Assembly: GCA_051362555.1 (NCBI GenBank)
Contig: CM120643.1
Span: 8,680,001 to 8,744,000 of the forward strand
Direction: 5' to 3'
From: Lingula anatina
Lineage: Eukaryota; Animalia; Brachiopoda
DNA: 64,000 nt
In this document: piece after piece, positions 60,401 to 64,000 of the stretch
Position numbering within the stretch: position 1 is the stretch's first letter
Layout: each line of letters opens with the position of its first letter
Position numbers and translations under genes: made by a program
Notes under the pieces: model-generated
Databases searched by the model: none
Told to the model about the DNA's origin: nothing
The model's input: the letters and a program-made list of their open reading frames with translations, nothing else

Positions 60401-61495
60401 AAATCAGATCCCTCATAACAAATATGGTTTTCTTTTAAAAGAAGCTTTTTGAAACCAAAAATTTATAAATAAGCTTATTGATATATAGTAGTTTTGCTAA
60501 TTGTCCGACTGACAAACTACATGTAACTGACCTATAAGCTAACTGACTGACAAGCTGACTTACAAGCTAACTGACTGACAAACTAACTGTCCCGCAAAAC
60601 ACTCTGACTGACAGACTAATACAATGACAAATAACATACGTCTGGTTCCAGTCACTCCTCCTGGAATCACTCCAGTGCCAGTGATGACATTGTTGGTGCT
60701 GGGGATGGTGCACTGGGGCTTCTTGCAGCAGGTGTCACCCTCTGTGTTCTGAACCAATTGGCAGTAACTAGGGAGGTTCTGGTATTTGGGACATCTGAGA
60801 ATGAACATACAGAATATTGCCAATCAAAATGTTTAGGTGAGTGATTTTCTAAAAGTAACTCAATAAAGGTATTGCCATGGGAATTTCTTCTACAAGAAAA
60901 AAATGGTTATTTACACATTTTACATTTACGTAGTTTACACGGAAGACCCAATTCCATATAATTATGCACTCAATTTATGAGCTCTCTTGTTATCCATTTT
61001 TTAAACTTGTTATCTATTTTTCAAACTTTAAGCTAGTAATGTCTATACAATGACAGTTTATGGGTTAGAAAGTCTAATGTGAGTCAGTGTTCAGTGTCTA
61101 AAAGGTTTTAATATTCGGGGAAACAAAATCACCAATCACAGGGGAAAATAATATTTCACATAATTATCTCAGCAATCTTTTCATGTCAAAATCTTCACAT
61201 TTACAGGTAATATTTTCTTGTATATTAACTGAAGCCCATTTTGCATGCGGCAGAATTTTTTTCTTCAAAAGTTCATCAGAACCCTTAATTTTTCCCCCAA
61301 AATATGACCGACTTCTATATGAAGAAGAATTTTTTCTTTAAAACATCATCGAAACCCTTCATTTTTTTGTAAGACATGACCCACCTCTCGGTGCATCTGT
61401 ATGTCCTGCCTGGCAGACATTCACAGTTGTAGTCACATCCATCACTCCATCTGGCACCTTTGGCATACTGATTGTTCTTGTAGACGCAGAATTCT

Positions 61496-61528
<33 letters not shown>

Positions 61529-64000
61529 GAACTTTTATCATATGCCATCATATCATATCATATGATATTACATCCCATATCATATCATATTTTTGAAGTT
61601 ATTAATGTCAGATCACATTGTGCAAAAATTCATGTATATATACTAAATATTTTAACCATGGCGTAATCATAAATGGTTAATGTCAAACCTTGCATTACAT
61701 TCATAAGATGTCTTCAATTGCTTTACCCAAATCAGCAGTTTTCATTTATTTATTAATTTTATCTTTTATTGACGGGGGATATTTTAAGATATTTTAATGA
61801 ATGGCCAAAAATGATTTTAAACAAGGCAGCAAAGCTGTCAAATGTACAGACAAAAAGCAGGAAATAACAAAATAGGCTACTGTCAATTCTGATGCAAAAG
61901 TACATTATGTTAAACTGCAAATTCAACATCAAATTTTAATTATGCTCAACAGGTAATACCAATGTAAGTAAAATGTGAAACAAGCATAAAGCTTCAGGCC
62001 CATGGGAGTTCAAGTTCACACTTTGAAAATGTAAAACTTCCAGAAAAAGAAGTCAATTAGACTGCTTTTCCAACTCAGGCTGCATTTCAGTCCTGTATTT
62101 CTTTTTTGAAAGTTTGGCAATCATAAGTAACATGGTTTTCCCATAATGGTCATCATGGCAGCAGCACCCAAAATTGTGTTTTCTTCTATTCTGATGCAAT
62201 ATTACATAATGGTTAACAGCATAATGACAATCAATTTTTAATAACAAAATATATGTATCATGGATTTTCAGAAAATGTGACTAGCCTGGGTCTTCAAGCC
62301 TGTGGAACTTCAAAGTCACACCTTGAAAATGCCAATATGTGAAAAATTAAATTTTCACAAAAAAACTGTTTATCTGGCAGATTGCATTGCCTACTGAAGC
62401 TGTATTTTAGTCCCATGTTTCTTTCCTGTAAGTTTGAGAACAGTAAGTGACATGGTTTTTCTTAAAAGGTAATCATGGGAGCAGTGCCCAAAATAGTTTT
62501 TTTTCAAATTTTGATGCAATGTTACATAATGTTTAACAGCATAATGACCATCAATTTTTAATAATAAAATATTAGTATCATGGATATTCAGAAAATGTGA
62601 CTAGCAAAGGTCTTCAGGCCCATGGAACTTCAATGTCACAACTTGAAAATGCCAAAATGTATACAAGACAGCACTGTTCTGAAATGTTTTTTTCCCCATT
62701 TTTAACAATTTTTAACATAAAACAAAATTAACAGTTTACTGCCATTTTTACATGATCAACTAAGAAAATTGATGAGATGAGAAAAGTATCAACAGAGCAG
62801 TGTTAAATGTCCAATTTCTTCCATTCTGAGATTCTGAACATAGTGAATAATTGAATCTGACAAATTGCAATGATATGAGTTTATTTCCATTTTTGAAACT
62901 TTATTACACAATACACGATAACATGTTTACCATCATTTTTACAAAATCAACTAACAATGTTGTAAAGATGCAGGAAATGTCAAACAAACACTTTCACGTA
63001 TCTTATTAGTTTAATAATGAGACTGTTAACATGCCTAAAAATTGAACCTGAGGAAATGTGAAAAAACAGCATACCTTCTAAAATAATGGCACGATTATGC
63101 TGATTTACGAACTCAACCTGCATTTTAGTAAAATTGACCACTCCTGTGACTTTCATGACAATTGGCCCATCTGTTTTTCTTATATTGTGTTTACAGTGTT
63201 GCATATATGCTGAAAAGTGTAAAAAAACAGCATGACTAGTAAAATGGTGGCCCGATCATGCCGATTTTCAAACTTGACCTGCGTTTTAGTAAGATTGATT
63301 ACTCCTGTGAGTTTCATGACAACAGGTCTATCGGTTTTCCTTGAAATGTGTTAACAGTGTTGCATATATGCTGAAAAGTGAAAAAACAGCATAACTACTA
63401 AAATAGTGGCCCGATCATGCCGATTTTCGAACTTGATCTGCGTTTTAGTAAGACTGATTACTCCTGTGAGTTTCATGACAACAGGCCTATCGGTTTTCCT
63501 TGAAATGTGTTAACAGTGTTGCATATATGCTAAAAAGTGAAAAAACAGCATAAATTCTACAATAATGGCCCGATCATGCTGATTTTCGAACTTGACCTGC
63601 GTTTTATGAATATTAGTCAGCTCTGTAAATATAAAGCCAAAAAGTAAAACTGTCTTCCACTTATGGTGTTAACGCTGAAAGTGCACGGCGACGGCGACAG
63701 CGACGGCGACATGATCGGCGACGGCGACGGCGACGACAGACGCAGGTGATGGCAATATGTACAGACACATCTGTGTCTGTACATAAAAAGACAAAAGACA
63801 TATAATGTGCTGTGAGTTTAACAATCAGATGAGATTCAATCATGCATTAACAAACCAACAAAGTCCCCCACCTCCAGTTCCACTGATCCCCCCTGGGTTG
63901 GTGCCCGGGATGACCACAGGGTTGGGTGTGGTCCCCGCCCCAATGATCTGGTTTGTTACCCCAGTAAAGGTGCAGTCTGGTTTCTGACAACAGGAGTCTG
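42278..64000 (-). CDS. Large modular VWC-repeat / ShK-domain protein with Gly-Thr-Pro-rich linkers (mucin/extracellular-matrix-like); 5'-truncated, 36 exons in window
   Basis: Alternating ~115-nt exons (C-x-Y-x-G..Y..G..W.DGC...C.C......Y.C) and exons starting CP.Y..LP..C......CC..P.C followed by a repeat linker, joined in constant phase 1/2/1. Three phase 1-1 exons carry the six-Cys ShK pattern (W...C...CG.C). TAA stop at 42278-42280. Confidence 0.88.
42784..42901 (-). CDS. Last VWC N-half exon GYCLYNGIQYTQGQTWRDKC
   Basis: Cys pattern; splice sites. Confidence 0.85.
43132..43446 (-). CDS. Gly/Ser-rich repeat linker exon (GGAGSGIIS/GGTGSGGNP)
   Basis: ORF 43088..43537; phase 1-1 splice sites. 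Confidence 0.85.
43725..43865 (-). CDS. ShK-like domain exon 3 (CVDLIDC...WAKARCAKFCGFC)
   Basis: Six-Cys ShKT pattern; phase 1-1. Confidence 0.85.
44263..44403 (-). CDS. ShK-like domain exon 2 (CVNKLSNC...WAKANCPRRCGLC)
   Basis: Six-Cys ShKT pattern; phase 1-1. Confidence 0.85.
44810..44989 (-). CDS. ShK-like domain exon 1 (CVDILPNC...WAVKNCVKTCGLC)
   Basis: Six-Cys ShKT pattern; phase 1-1. Confidence 0.85.
45363..45445 (-). CDS. VWC C-half exon CPSYTNYPSYC...CCKKLVCS
   Basis: ORF 45190..45534; splice sites. Confidence 0.85.
45964..46078 (-). CDS. VWC N-half exon GCVYNGKTYKQDESWSDGC
   Basis: Cys pattern; splice sites. Confidence 0.85.
46568..46908 (-). CDS. VWC C-half exon + (TGTGGST)n linker
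   Basis: ORF 46503..47003; splice sites. Confidence 0.85.
47239..47410. mobile_element. Small MITE
   Basis: TIR CTGGGGTAGCGCTA / TAGCGCTACTCCAG; internal ttagccaa/ttggctaa repeats; TSD unclear. Confidence 0.55.
47497..47611 (-). CDS. VWC N-half exon MCLYKNRLYNEGAKWNDGC
   Basis: Cys pattern; splice sites. Confidence 0.85.
48075..48499 (-). CDS. VWC C-half exon + (GTLPGG...PGGTGT)n linker
   Basis: ORF 48055..48453; splice sites. Confidence 0.85.
48808..48922 (-). CDS. VWC N-half exon GCYYNGRIYSQGENWNDGC
   Basis: Cys pattern; splice sites. Confidence 0.85.
49357..49661 (-). CDS. VWC C-half exon + (GVTPKP)n linker
   Basis: ORF 49328..49534; splice sites. Confidence 0.85.
50033..50150 (-). 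CDS. VWC N-half exon NYCVYSDGRRFKTGQQWKDNC
   Basis: Cys pattern; splice sites. Confidence 0.85.
50556..50713 (-). CDS. VWC C-half exon CTRFTNLPSNC...PETTTPPPFP
   Basis: Cys pattern; G|gtaggt donor. Confidence 0.85.
51033..51147 (-). CDS. VWC N-half exon VCVYKGRVFTQGQTWQDGC
   Basis: Cys pattern; splice sites. Confidence 0.85.
51562..51723 (-). CDS. Linker-only exon (SVVIPTAPPGVITGTG...SITGTR)
   Basis: Phase 1-1; same G/T/P composition as other linkers. Confidence 0.8.
52013..52209 (-). CDS. VWC C-half exon CARYTNMPSNC + linker
   Basis: ORF 51969..52190; splice sites. Confidence 0.85.
52458..52572 (-). CDS. VWC N-half exon YCVYNNYPYRQGQEWYDGC
   Basis: Cys pattern; splice sites. Confidence 0.85.
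53046..53338 (-). CDS. VWC C-half exon + (PNPNP..TQS)n linker
   Basis: ORF 53017..53301; splice sites. Confidence 0.85.
53890..54004 (-). CDS. VWC N-half exon YCFYKGQTYSTGDKWQDGC
   Basis: ORF 53868..54068; splice sites. Confidence 0.85.
54431..54666 (-). CDS. VWC C-half exon CRTYQNVPANC + linker
   Basis: ORF 54402..54629; splice sites. Confidence 0.85.
54919..55033 (-). CDS. VWC N-half exon VCTYKNIRYVQGQTWTDGC
   Basis: Cys pattern; splice sites. Confidence 0.85.
55622..55863 (-). CDS. VWC C-half exon + (PN)n linker
   Basis: ORF 55596..55886; splice sites. Confidence 0.85.
56213..56327 (-). CDS. VWC N-half exon YCVYKGRYYTQGARFADGC
   Basis: Cys pattern; splice sites. Confidence 0.85.
56567..56772 (-). 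CDS. VWC C-half exon CPTYTNLPKEC + linker
   Basis: ORF 56547..56807; splice sites. Confidence 0.85.
57004..57121 (-). CDS. VWC N-half exon KYCVYNNRQYAKGQTWQVGC
   Basis: Cys pattern; splice sites. Confidence 0.85.
57314..57582 (-). CDS. VWC C-half exon + (TVAPNPGN)n linker
   Basis: ORF 57222..57545; splice sites. Confidence 0.85.
58000..58117 (-). CDS. VWC N-half exon VCVYTDGKTYRQGQRWEDGC
   Basis: Cys pattern; splice sites. Confidence 0.85.
58140..58317. mobile_element. Truncated Kolobok-like MITE (same family as 31939-32276)
   Basis: TTAA-AGGGATAACAATTCTT then tatgagatctatatttcacaata and accacgtgacctccat; other end missing. Confidence 0.75.
58414..58604 (-). CDS. VWC C-half exon CPTYQYDTKNC...SCCQKPVC + linker
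   Basis: Cys pattern; splice sites. Confidence 0.85.
58985..59099 (-). CDS. VWC N-half exon ...YNGVQYTEGQRWQDGCKYNCIC
   Basis: Cys pattern; splice sites. Confidence 0.85.
59472..59665 (-). CDS. VWC C-half exon CPTYRNLPASC + linker
   Basis: ORF 59446..59754; splice sites. Confidence 0.85.
60215..60329 (-). CDS. VWC N-half exon GCMWNNQIYVQGQRWQDGC
   Basis: Cys pattern; splice sites. Confidence 0.85.
60640..60794 (-). CDS. VWC C-half exon CPKYQNLPSYC...CCKKPQC + linker
   Basis: ORF 60560..60823; splice sites. Confidence 0.85.
61385..61493 (-). CDS. VWC N-half exon EFCVYKNNQYAKGARWSDGCDYNCEC
   Basis: AG/GT boundaries; ORF 61315..61551. Confidence 0.85.
61822..63786 (-). mobile_element. Helentron-type non-autonomous element with two internal tandem arrays
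   Basis: 5' (right) inverted repeat ATGTACAGACAC-AT-CTGTGTCTGTACAT, (CGACGG)n microsatellite, ~160-bp repeats at 63060-63610, ~300-320-bp repeats at 61990-62660, subTIR ATGTACAGACA at 61842, hairpin GGCAGC-AAA-GCTGTC, CTTG end in T-run. Confidence 0.8.
63872..64000 (-). CDS. VWC gene exon (partial): DSCCQKPDCTFTGVT...GGISGTG
   Basis: CC..P.C plus linker; G|gtgggg donor gives phase 1. Confidence 0.75.

Overview
AT-rich, intron-containing animal genomic DNA, probably a marine invertebrate such as a mollusc or other lophotrochozoan (inferred from repeat types and protein families only). Two large convergent genes are each cut by a window edge. (1) + strand, <410-27023: the last 23 exons (about 2,110 codons) of a NO VEIN/sacsin-like protein with a GHKL (HATPase_c) ATPase module and a C-terminal DUF3883/NOV_C PD-(D/E)xK nuclease-like domain; one intron is GC-AG. 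(2) - strand, >64000-42278: 36 exons of a large modular, probably secreted protein with at least 16 ten-cysteine VWC-like modules, each split over two exons, Gly/Thr/Pro/Asn-rich repeat linkers and three ShK-like domains. Introns and the intergenic region carry many non-autonomous DNA transposons: a Helentron-type element with a 146-bp satellite array nested inside an older copy of itself, two more Helentron-type elements, Kolobok-like TTAA MITEs, a Zator-like element, and a 4.1-kb CACTA-like element inserted into one arm of a foldback element. There is also a tRNA-derived tandem repeat and a diverged orphan copy of gene 2's 3' UTR about 12.6 kb downstream. All coordinates were read by eye; no database search was possible.
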